From NCBI GenBank assembly GCA_045627605.1, contig JAZQOA010000018.1:1-57159 (forward strand): a stretch of 57,159 nucleotides of DNA, given 5' to 3'. This document shows, piece after piece, positions 37,471-46,476 of the stretch. Below the pieces are notes generated by a model. That model had not been told where the DNA came from. It worked only from the letters and a program-made list of their open reading frames with translations, and did no database searches. The DNA is from Kiritimatiellia bacterium (lineage in GTDB: Bacteria; Verrucomicrobiota; Kiritimatiellia; RFP12; JAAYLN01). The position numbers and the translations under genes were made by a program. Within the stretch, counting starts at the first letter, position 1. Each line of letters begins with the position of its first letter.

Positions 37471-39151
37471 CGTCTGCCCGGACGAGACCACGCCGAAAAA
37501 GGCCGGCGAAGTCTCCGTCGTCTGCGCGGAGCCGAACGGCTGGCTCTTTTCCACGCGGCGAACCGATGTTTCCCCGGGAATCGAGGAGCTGGAACTCTCC
37601 GCCGAATCACCTGCCGAAACCACGCCGCCCGCCTTCACGGTGAAGTTCGAAATCCCGAAAAAGGGCGTCCAGCACGTCTGGCACCCCTTCGAGGAGCGCT
37701 TTCCATGCTGCTGGACCGACCAGGCCTCCTCGCTCTGCTCCGGGTTGCCCGTCCGCGCGAACTTCGACGACTCGGAAAACAACACCCTCACCTTCGCCGT
37801 TTCCGACGCGCTCCACGCGCTGTCGTTCCGCACGGACGTCGGCATGGACAACGGCAACCGGCACATCCTCGTCTTCGCCACGTCGTTTTTCGGCGAAGCC
37901 GCCCCCCCGCGCAAGTCCTACGCGGTGCGCTTCCGCATCGACATGCGCAAGGTCTTCTGGTCCGACGCCGTCTCCGATGCGGTCGCCTGGATTCTGGAGA
38001 CGGCAGGCATCCGCCCCGCCGTGCCGCCGCCTTGCGCGTGGGAGCCGCCCTACTCCTCCTGGTACGTCTTCCGCCAAACCGTTTCGCAGGCCGCGCTCGA
38101 TCCCGAAATCGAACGCGCCGCAGCCCTCGGCATGAAGGCCGTGATTCTCGACGACGGCTGGCAGACCGACCGCGGCGCGTGGGGCGTCAACGAAAAATTC
38201 CCCGACCTGAAGGCACAGGTCGACAAGGCGCATGCGCTGGGGATGAAGTATCTGCTTTGGTTCGGCCTTCCGCACGTCAGCGCGGACAGCCCCATGCGAA
38301 AGCAATTCGACGGCAAGTACATCGACGACAAGCCCGATTGCTGGGGACTCTACAACCTCGACCCGCGCTATCCCGACGTCCGGGCCCACCTTGTCAAAAG
38401 ACTGACCGACCTCGTCCGCGACTACGGCCTCGACGGTTTCAAGCTCGACTTCATCGACCAGTTCGTCGCCCGAGACCCCGATCCCGCGGCAGCGAAAGGC
38501 TTCGCCGGGTGCGACACGGTCAGCGTCCCGCTCGCCGCCCAAAGACTCCTTTCCGAAATCTACGCGGGCGTCACAACGGCCAAACCCGATGCGATGATCG
38601 AATTCAGGCAGCGCTATGTCGGGCCGCTTGTCCGCCAGTACGGCCACATGCTCCGCGCCAACGACTGCCCCGCCGACTACGAGGCGAACCGCTACCGCAC
38701 GCTCGCCTTGCGCATCACCTCCGCCGGGAGCGCCGTCCATTCCGACATGCTTATGTGGCGGACGGACGACACGCCCGAAGAAGTCAAGCGCCAGGTGTGG
38801 AACGTGATCTTCTCCGTTGTGCAGTACTCCGCCTTTCTCGGCGACCTTCCGCCCGCGCACCTCGCCGCGATACGCGAGACAATCGACTTCGCGAAGGCCC
38901 ACCGCGAAACGCTTCTTTTCGGCAAGTTGACGCCGCACCGCCCCGACCTCGGCTACCCGCTTGTCGAAGCCGAATCGGGCACCGAGCGCATTGTCGCGGT
39001 CTATGCGCCCGAATTCATCGCGAAACTTCCGGGAGATGGCAAACGCACGATCCTCGTCAACGCCACGACAGCCTCCTCGCTCGTCGTCGAAGACCGCCGC
39101 GGACTCCGCCGCATCGGCATTGCCCCGTCCGCGACGCTGGCGCTGGATTGA
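37457..39151 (+). CDS. Alpha-galactosidase-like glycoside hydrolase (GH36)
   Basis: YSSWY, VILDDGWQ, KFPD and LDGFKLDF (nucleophile context). Confidence 0.85.
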   Translation: MSNCSVCPDETTPKKAGEVSVVCAEPNGWLFSTRRTDVSPGIEELELSAESPAETTPPAFTVKFEIPKKGVQHVWHPFEERFPCCWTDQASSLCSGLPVRANFDDSENNTLTFAVSDALHALSFRTDVGMDNGNRHILVFATSFFGEAAPPRKSYAVRFRIDMRKVFWSDAVSDAVAWILETAGIRPAVPPPCAWEPPYSSWYVFRQTVSQAALDPEIERAAALGMKAVILDDGWQTDRGAWGVNEKFPDLKAQVDKAHALGMKYLLWFGLPHVSADSPMRKQFDGKYIDDKPDCWGLYNLDPRYPDVRAHLVKRLTDLVRDYGLDGFKLDFIDQFVARDPDPAAAKGFAGCDTVSVPLAAQRLLSEIYAGVTTAKPDAMIEFRQRYVGPLVRQYGHMLRANDCPADYEANRYRTLALRITSAGSAVHSDMLMWRTDDTPEEVKRQVWNVIFSVVQYSAFLGDLPPAHLAAIRETIDFAKAHRETLLFGKLTPHRPDLGYPLVEAESGTERIVAVYAPEFIAKLPGDGKRTILVNATTASSLVVEDRRGLRRIGIAPSATLALD

Positions 39152-39202
39152 GCAAGACATCCCCCCCCACCCGACATAAAGTAAGATTCAAGGAGCCCCC
39201 CG

Positions 39203-40132
39203 ATGGACACAAAACTGACAGGAAAATGCTTCAAGGGCATGGAAGGCGCATTTGCCGCGCTCTTCACCCCGTATGACAAGGCCGGGCACGTCAATCCCGA
39301 ACGAATCGGCGAGATCATCGACTACGGCTGCAAAAACGGTCTAACGGGATTTTACCTGACGGGAACGACCGGCGAATGGTGGCTCCTGACGGTGGATGAG
39401 CGCAAGTGCGTCATGGATGCGGCCGTCAAAGCCGCGAAAGGGCGCGTAAAACTGATCGCCCATGTCGGCGCGAACTGCACCGACGACTCCGTCGAACTCG
39501 CACGATACGCGGCCAATGCCGGCATCGCCTGGATCTCGTCGGTGACGCCGCAGCTCTACCGCACGTCCTTCGACGCCGCCTACTACCATTACAAGACAAT
39601 CACCGCGGCGACGGACCTTCCCTTCATGATCTACTCGTTCAACAGCGCGTTGACACCCGACCGGGACGTCAAGCTCTTTGACCTCCCGAACGTCAAGGGA
39701 ATCAAATACACGGGGCGCGACTATTTCGCCGCCCAGTGCCTGAAGCGCCGGCTCGGCAAGGAAACAATCTGGTTTGCCGGATGCGACGAGCAGCTTCTTT
39801 GCGGCCTCGTCCTTGAAAATGTTTTCTCCGGCGGCATTGGGACGACCTACAACATCATTCCCCGGCATTTCGCCAGGATTTGCGCCTGCGCCAGAAACGG
39901 GGATTTCAAGACCGCCGCAAAATACCAGGACGAAGCCAACCGAGTTGTCGAGCTGATGATATCCTCCGACAACTGGAGCTACCGCAAGGCCATGATGAAA
40001 TACATCGGACTCGACTGCGGGGCCTTCAGGAAACCTTTCGAACCGCTGGCCGCCGCACAGGAAAAGGCGTTTTTCAAGCGCATCGACGCCCTTGGCCTCT
40101 TGTCGCGGGACCAGGCTTCCGCGCATCGTTAA
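39203..40132 (+). CDS. DHDPS / N-acetylneuraminate lyase family aldolase
   Basis: ALFTPY, GFYLTGTTGE, IAHVGA, FMIY, KGIKYT, GCDE and GGIGTTYN. NanA-like. Confidence 0.88.
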   Translation: MDTKLTGKCFKGMEGAFAALFTPYDKAGHVNPERIGEIIDYGCKNGLTGFYLTGTTGEWWLLTVDERKCVMDAAVKAAKGRVKLIAHVGANCTDDSVELARYAANAGIAWISSVTPQLYRTSFDAAYYHYKTITAATDLPFMIYSFNSALTPDRDVKLFDLPNVKGIKYTGRDYFAAQCLKRRLGKETIWFAGCDEQLLCGLVLENVFSGGIGTTYNIIPRHFARICACARNGDFKTAAKYQDEANRVVELMISSDNWSYRKAMMKYIGLDCGAFRKPFEPLAAAQEKAFFKRIDALGLLSRDQASAHR

Positions 40133-40152
40133 GCGCGTCATGGCACGGAACT

Positions 40153-40161
40153 TGCTATAAT
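40153..40161 (+). promoter_or_regulatory. Extended -10 element (TGCTATAAT)
   Basis: In an AT-rich gap upstream of the RBS AAGAAAGG and the ATG at 40198. Confidence 0.6.
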
Positions 40162-40197
40162 AATTACGATTTATCAACCAACAAGAAAGGTCAACAC

Positions 40198-41991
40198 ATG
40201 AACAGACTGGCATACGCAGCCGCATTTGCGGCGCTGTGCGTCGCCCTGCCGGCAACCGCCCAGTTTACCAAGAGGCCCTGGTCGCTGACGAACCCGCCGA
40301 TTGGCGAGCGCGTGAAAGACGACTTCAAGGATGTCGCGCATCCCAAGGACTTCGTCCACTACGACGTGCCGCCGATGAGTTCGCTCCAGCGGCTTCCCGA
40401 CGTCTACCCCGAGGACGGCGTCCCCGGCGGCACCATCTGCATCGTCGCCGCCAAGGAGGAGTACGAACCCGGCTCCTTCCTGATCTATGGCCTCGCCGAC
40501 CTCGGCAAGACCCAGCTTTCGCTTACCGAGTTCAAGACCGAGGACGGCAAAAAGTTCCCCGCCGAAGACCTCGACCTCAAATTCGTCAAAGTCTGGTACC
40601 AGAGCCGCAACGCCTGGTACAGCTACTTCGGCGACACCGGCTTCAAGCTCGTCCCCGAGCTCCTGCTCAACGACGAGGACCTCATCCGCGTCGACGAGGC
40701 GAAGGAAGCCAACTACGCGCGCCTCAAAGCCGCGGACGGCAAGACCTCCGAGTTCTGGATCAACCCGCCCTTCGAGATGAACCGCGTCTTCTGGGACTGC
40801 CACCGCGGCGGCGACATCTTCCAGCCGATGCGCCCCGAATTCAGCGACGCCGCGACGCTCCAGCCCGTCACCCTCCCCAAGGGCCAGTTCAAAAACTTCT
40901 TTCTCACGGCGCACGTCCGCAAGACAACGCCCGCGGGACTCTACAAGGGCGCCGTCAAAGTCGGCGGCCACGGCGAAATCCCGGTCGCGATCCGCGTGCT
41001 CGACTTCGAGCTTCCGAAGCCCAAGGCCTACTTCGACGACGACCTCGACTTCTTCGTCTGCTCCTACACCTACAACTGCTTCGCGATGATCATGGAGCAG
41101 AACGGCGGCGACCTTGACCTCGCGAAAAAGCAGTTCAAGGCCACGATGGAGAACCTCGCCGCGCACAACCAGGACATGAACTGGCTCCGCTGGGGACTCT
41201 GCGCCGAGAGCTTCGAGTGCTGGAAGCTCATGAAAGAGGCGGGAATCCGCACCGACGTCGGCGTCGGCGGAATCGGCGCGGCCCAAGACACGGCGGGCGC
41301 CCGGCGCAACGCCGAGGCCGCCGACCGCTTCTACGGCCACCACAACATCTACATCGGCTACGGCGACGAGCCCTCGCCGCGTTGGGTCGCGGCCCAGCGC
41401 CACGTCTTCAAGGCCAACCAGGAGGCCGGCTTCAAGTTCATCCTCGCCGGCAAGGACCAGGTCTTCCGCAAGGCCGGCTACATCTACGACTGGCACAACG
41501 TCGCCAAGTCGCCCGAGGATTCCTCGACGACCGACCTCTGGAACCAGTTCGGCTCCAGCCCGCACGTCGCCTGGTACGCCGGCATGCACGTCGGCGTTGA
41601 AAACCCCGAGTACAACCGCCGCCAGAACGGCATGGCGCCCTACCTCGCCGGCTACTCCGCCCTCTGCAACTACGCCCACCACTACGGCTCCTACAACGAC
41701 GACTCCACCGGCTATCGCCCGATGGTCTTCTGCTATGGCGTTTACGGCGGCGTAATCGACACCCTCCAGTGGGAGGGCTTCCGCGAAGGCGTCGACGACA
41801 TCCGCTACGCGACCGCCATGGTCAAGCTTGCGCGCGAAGCCGCCAAATCGAATACCGTCGAAGTCCGCTACGCCGGCAACAAGGCGCTCCAGTACCTCGC
41901 CTCGTTCAACCGCGACAGCGACAATCTCGACGCCTGCCGCGGCGAAATGATCCGCCACATCCTCACCCTGAAATCCCTTCTTGGAAAGTAG
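40198..41991 (+). CDS. Secreted putative glycoside hydrolase (DUF4091/GH123-like)
   Basis: Signal peptide, EYEP, VPELLL.D, AGLYKG...VLDFELP, YGDEP and QWEGFREGVDDIRY. Confidence 0.7.
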   Translation: MNRLAYAAAFAALCVALPATAQFTKRPWSLTNPPIGERVKDDFKDVAHPKDFVHYDVPPMSSLQRLPDVYPEDGVPGGTICIVAAKEEYEPGSFLIYGLADLGKTQLSLTEFKTEDGKKFPAEDLDLKFVKVWYQSRNAWYSYFGDTGFKLVPELLLNDEDLIRVDEAKEANYARLKAADGKTSEFWINPPFEMNRVFWDCHRGGDIFQPMRPEFSDAATLQPVTLPKGQFKNFFLTAHVRKTTPAGLYKGAVKVGGHGEIPVAIRVLDFELPKPKAYFDDDLDFFVCSYTYNCFAMIMEQNGGDLDLAKKQFKATMENLAAHNQDMNWLRWGLCAESFECWKLMKEAGIRTDVGVGGIGAAQDTAGARRNAEAADRFYGHHNIYIGYGDEPSPRWVAAQRHVFKANQEAGFKFILAGKDQVFRKAGYIYDWHNVAKSPEDSSTTDLWNQFGSSPHVAWYAGMHVGVENPEYNRRQNGMAPYLAGYSALCNYAHHYGSYNDDSTGYRPMVFCYGVYGGVIDTLQWEGFREGVDDIRYATAMVKLAREAAKSNTVEVRYAGNKALQYLASFNRDSDNLDACRGEMIRHILTLKSLLGK

Positions 41992-41999
41992 GTGCACCC

Positions 42000-44405
42000 A
42001 TGACGACCCGTTTCCCGATTATCGGCGCCGCTCTCGCCTCCGCCACTCTTCTTCTCGCCGGCTGCGCCTCGACGGCGCCCGAAGCCACGGCCCCCGCCGC
42101 CACGGCGGCCGCCCAAGCCACGGCCCAGCCCCCCGCCCTCAAGGACGAGGCCCGCGCCGTCATCAACAACCTCCGCAACTACAGCGTCCACTCCTTCGCC
42201 GACGACGTCCTCAAGAAAGTCCCGCCCGCCCTCGAGTTTCTCGCCGCGAACGCGGGCGACGTCTCAAACAAGGCCGTGCTTGCCGAGGTGAAGTCCAACG
42301 TCCTCAAGACCTCGGCGCGCGCCGGCGACTTCGACATCGCCAAGTCCGTCGCCAACGAACTTCTTGAAACCGAGGGCATCTACGGCGGGTGGAGGCTCGA
42401 CGCGGCCGACTACCTCGCAAAGGGCCTCCTGCGCGGCGACGACAACAACGGGGCCGACGCCCTCTACGCCCGCTTCGCCAACCTCGAGCCCCAGTTCCTG
42501 CCGATGGGCGAAATCGTCCGCGCCAACGCGCTCCGCGCTTCGCTCCGCGTCCGCCAGGGCGACATGGCCGGTGCCCTCGCCATCATCGCCGAGGCCCGCA
42601 AGCGCACCCCCGGCAACGAGGGCTGGAACGAAGGCTTCCACGCGCAGCTCGACGACGAGGCCGTGAAGATCTACAAGGAGTTCACCCGCTACCAGGAGGC
42701 CTACGACTACTGCATCTCAAAGGGACGCAAAGCCAAGGCCCTCTCGCTGCTCTCCGGCGGCTACATCGACGACGCGCCGCGCGGCCTGAAGCTCGCCCGG
42801 GAAATCCTTGCGGACGCCTCTTCCACCACCGGCGAGAAACTCGAGGCCTGGGACTGGATCTTCTCCCGCGACCAGGCCGCCGCCGACAAGTCCTTCGCGG
42901 ACGTGCTCGGCACCTCCACCCGCGAAACCAACAACGTCATCGGCAAGCTCCGGGGCAAATTGGCGCAAGCCAACATCGGCAACGTCTACGACGGCGGCCA
43001 TCCCGCCTACTACTCCAACTGGCCTGAGACGATCCGCGCCTGGGAGGCCTACGAGAAGATTCTCCGCCTCAACGGCGCCAAGCCAGACTTCGCCCAGGCA
43101 CAGTACGGCATGATTGCCTACGCGGAGTCGGGCGACATGAAGAAGGCCGTCGCCACGGCGCAGTTCGGCCTCGAAAACGACAAGCTGAAGCCCGAGGAGC
43201 GCTACGAACTCGCCCTTGCGGCACGCACCCTGGGCCTCGCCGGGACACCGGCCGCCATCGCAAAGGCCATTCTCGCGGCCGAAAACGAACTCGGCGCGGA
43301 ACTCCCGCCCGCAGAGCGAATCAAGCGCTTCGACCGCGTGGGCGGCGCGGCAGTCGCCTCCAAAAACGAAAACCTCGCCCGCGGTTTCGCGGCCAGCCGC
43401 TCATCCCTCAAGCCCGACCTCGGGAAGAAGCGCTATGTCGCCAAATTCTCCCCGCGGAACATCGCCGGCGCCGGCGACTGGGCCAACCTGCCCTTCAAGC
43501 CCGAGGAGCAGGACTTCGACCGCAAGTACGGCGGGGGCGACCTCTCGTTCATGACGACGGATGTCGCCACCGGCGACCGCGGCAACGCCGTCAAGGGCGG
43601 CCACTCCGAGCATCCCACGACCTTGCAGGTCGTCACCGACGAGTGGGGCATCCACATCCTCCTCTCCTTCTACGACAAGCGCGCGCGGGAGTTCGAGGCG
43701 GGAGCACTCGACGCCGGCAGCTACGAGTGCTATATCGCGCCCGGCGAAAACCAGCCCTACTCCTGCTTCCTCTGCCGTCTGAAGAAAGACGCCTCGGCCG
43801 GGCTCTACCACACGTCGTACAACAGCCCGGGGCACCGGCGCATTCCCGAAGCCGACCAGTCGAAGGTGAAGAGCGAAACGCTCTTCACAGACGACCGCGT
43901 GCTCAACTACATCGCCTTCTCGTGGGACAATTTCGCGACGCTCATCCCCACGGAAGACTCGATGTGGGACCTTGAGTGCATCTTCTGGGGGCCCGTGTCC
44001 TCGGCGTGGAACGGCACCGAGTCGATCCATGGCCGCAGCACCTGGGGCACCCTCGCCTTCTCCCTCTCCGCCGCCGACCGCGCCAAAATCTACCGCGCCC
44101 AGATCTTCAAGGCCGCCAACGCCTACAAGGCCGAGAAATCGCCGAACCCGCCCCTGCCCGGCAGCGTCCAGGGGGGCGTCTTCGACTTCTGGCAGGACGG
44201 CGAGCTCGGCGACCCCGAGTTCTACGAGAAGGTCCTGAAGCCCCTCGAGGAGCAGCTCGACAAAGGTCTTGAGCGCGTCAAGGTCGGGATGTCCGACGAC
44301 GACGTCCGCGACCTCACCGAAAACTACCTCCAGCAGTGGCGCGACATCCGCTTCACCGTCGGCAAGCTCCGCGCCGACTACCTGAAGCGCAAGCTCGCCG
44401 AGTAG
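42000..44405 (+). CDS. Large lipoprotein with a helical-repeat N-region and an aromatic beta-rich (possibly carbohydrate-binding) C-region
   Basis: Lipobox LLLAGC, an Ala/Thr/Pro linker and strongly host-like C-ending codon bias. No recognisable catalytic motif. Confidence 0.7.
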   Translation: MTTRFPIIGAALASATLLLAGCASTAPEATAPAATAAAQATAQPPALKDEARAVINNLRNYSVHSFADDVLKKVPPALEFLAANAGDVSNKAVLAEVKSNVLKTSARAGDFDIAKSVANELLETEGIYGGWRLDAADYLAKGLLRGDDNNGADALYARFANLEPQFLPMGEIVRANALRASLRVRQGDMAGALAIIAEARKRTPGNEGWNEGFHAQLDDEAVKIYKEFTRYQEAYDYCISKGRKAKALSLLSGGYIDDAPRGLKLAREILADASSTTGEKLEAWDWIFSRDQAAADKSFADVLGTSTRETNNVIGKLRGKLAQANIGNVYDGGHPAYYSNWPETIRAWEAYEKILRLNGAKPDFAQAQYGMIAYAESGDMKKAVATAQFGLENDKLKPEERYELALAARTLGLAGTPAAIAKAILAAENELGAELPPAERIKRFDRVGGAAVASKNENLARGFAASRSSLKPDLGKKRYVAKFSPRNIAGAGDWANLPFKPEEQDFDRKYGGGDLSFMTTDVATGDRGNAVKGGHSEHPTTLQVVTDEWGIHILLSFYDKRAREFEAGALDAGSYECYIAPGENQPYSCFLCRLKKDASAGLYHTSYNSPGHRRIPEADQSKVKSETLFTDDRVLNYIAFSWDNFATLIPTEDSMWDLECIFWGPVSSAWNGTESIHGRSTWGTLAFSLSAADRAKIYRAQIFKAANAYKAEKSPNPPLPGSVQGGVFDFWQDGELGDPEFYEKVLKPLEEQLDKGLERVKVGMSDDDVRDLTENYLQQWRDIRFTVGKLRADYLKRKLAE

Positions 44406-44481
44406 TCCGCCGGCGCGGCGCGACGACCGATGCCGCGCGCCGCGCCCCCACAGCGGGCAGCGCATCGGGAAAGGCCCTCAA

Positions 44482-46476
44482 ATGGCTCTTTGCGACAGGG
44501 ACGCGGCCGGCATGCGGCTCGCGCCGCTTTTTGGCGACCACGCCGTCATCCAACGCGGGAAAACAACTCCCGTCTGGGGGTGCAACGCGCAGCCGCGCGC
44601 AAAACTCGCCTGCCGCATCGGCGGCGCGACGAGCTGGACCGTCGCCAATCCCGACGGCACCTTCCTCTTCTACCTGCCGCCGATGGAGGCGGGCGGCCCC
44701 TACGACCTCACCGTCGCCAACGAGACGCGAACGGGCAGTGCGCCGCTCGCCGAGGTCTTCACCGCGTCGCACGACGTGTACGTGGGTGAAGTCTGGCTCT
44801 GCTCGGGCCAGAGCAACATGGCGCTGGAAATGCGGCGGGCAAAGCCGGGATTCGGCGACGAGCCCGTGGAAAAACTCCGCGTCTTCGCCGTCCCCGCCGG
44901 ATGCCGCGCCGGACGCCCCGCGGCCGACGTGGACGCCACCTGGGATGTCGCCACCCCGGAATCCGCCCAGGGCAAATCCGCCGTCGCGGTCTTTTTCGGA
45001 CGCGAACTCCAGCGCGAACTGGGCTGCGCCGTCGGCGTCGTCGTCGCCGCCGTGGGCGGCACCATCGCGATGAACTGGACAAGTCGCGACGGTCTCCTCG
45101 CCACGCCGGAAGGGCGCCGCATCGTCGAGAAATACGAACGGGGACTTTCAAATCCCGCAACCTGGGCCGACCCGCCATCCGCGAATACCGGCGCGGACGT
45201 GGCGGACGACGGCATCTCCGCCGAGGCGGCGGGCTGGGCGCTCCCCGAAGCCGACACGACGGACTGGACCGTCGCGGACGCCCCCTGCGACTTCGCCGCG
45301 GCCTTCGGCCACGCCTTCAACGGCGCAGCCTGGTTCCGGAAGGACATCGACATTCCCGCCGAATGGGAAGGCCATGCCCTCACCCTCGCCCTCCCCGCCA
45401 TCGACAAGCACGACATCGCCTTCTTCAACGGCGTCGAAGTCGGCCGCACCGGCAAGGGGTTCGAGTGGGAGGCGTGGGACAAGCCCCGCACCTATGCCGT
45501 CCCCGCCGGCCTTGTCAAGGCCGGACGCGCCACGATTGCCATCCGCATCTGGAGCTACAAGCTCGGCGCCGGCTTCTCAACCGGAGTCGACCATTTCTCC
45601 ATCGGGCCGGCCGACGGCACCGACGCAACCGCCCTTGAAGGCGATTGGCGGACAAAAGTCGAGCGCGACATCGGCAACCGGACGGAATCCCTGCCGCCCG
45701 TCCGCCATCCCGGCGGACGTTCCATCGGCGTCCCCCACGGACTTTACGACGGCATGATCGCGCCGCTCGTCCCCTTCGCCCTCCGCGGGGCGGTCTGGTA
45801 CCAGGGCGAATCCGAAGCCGACGCCATGGACGACGCGCGGCGGCACAAGGCCCTTCTCGCGGGGATGATCAACGACTGGCGGCGGAAATGGGGCGATGAA
45901 AAGATGCCTTTCTGCATCGTCCAGATCGCCAACTTCGGCCCGCTCCGCACCTACGAGAAGTCCTCGCCGTGGTCGGTGGTCCGCTTTGCGCAGCTTCAGC
46001 TCTCGCTCGAAATGGAAGGCGTCGGCATGGTCTCGGCCATTGACGTCGGCGAGGCCACGAACCTCCATCCCGCCGACAAGCTCACAGTCGGCAAGCGCCT
46101 CGCCAACTGGGCGATGGCCAGCGTCTACGGCGACACCGGCAGGACGGCCACGGGACCGCGCTTCGTCTCGGCCGTGGCGGACGGCTGCAAGATCACTGTC
46201 CGCTTTGCCGATGCCGCGCACGGGCTCGCCACGCGCGACGGCGCCCCCGTCGGCGCGTTGCGCCTCGCGGGCGAAGACGGCGTCTTCCACGCGGCAGAGG
46301 GCGAAATCCTTGGCGACAGCCTTGTCGTCTCCTCGTCCGAGGTCCCTTCGCCCAGGGCCGTGCAATATGCCTGGGCCAAGAACCCCGCGGCCGCCAACCT
46401 CGTCAACGCGGAAGGCTTCCCGGCGTCACCATTCAGCTGGGCGAAATCCCAAACGCAACCCGGTCAAGGAGCATGA
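44482..46476 (+). CDS. Sialate O-acetylesterase family protein
   Basis: FGDHAVIQR, VGEVWLCSGQSNM, WYQGES and LHPADK. Confidence 0.92.
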   Translation: MALCDRDAAGMRLAPLFGDHAVIQRGKTTPVWGCNAQPRAKLACRIGGATSWTVANPDGTFLFYLPPMEAGGPYDLTVANETRTGSAPLAEVFTASHDVYVGEVWLCSGQSNMALEMRRAKPGFGDEPVEKLRVFAVPAGCRAGRPAADVDATWDVATPESAQGKSAVAVFFGRELQRELGCAVGVVVAAVGGTIAMNWTSRDGLLATPEGRRIVEKYERGLSNPATWADPPSANTGADVADDGISAEAAGWALPEADTTDWTVADAPCDFAAAFGHAFNGAAWFRKDIDIPAEWEGHALTLALPAIDKHDIAFFNGVEVGRTGKGFEWEAWDKPRTYAVPAGLVKAGRATIAIRIWSYKLGAGFSTGVDHFSIGPADGTDATALEGDWRTKVERDIGNRTESLPPVRHPGGRSIGVPHGLYDGMIAPLVPFALRGAVWYQGESEADAMDDARRHKALLAGMINDWRRKWGDEKMPFCIVQIANFGPLRTYEKSSPWSVVRFAQLQLSLEMEGVGMVSAIDVGEATNLHPADKLTVGKRLANWAMASVYGDTGRTATGPRFVSAVADGCKITVRFADAAHGLATRDGAPVGALRLAGEDGVFHAAEGEILGDSLVVSSSEVPSPRAVQYAWAKNPAAANLVNAEGFPASPFSWAKSQTQPGQGA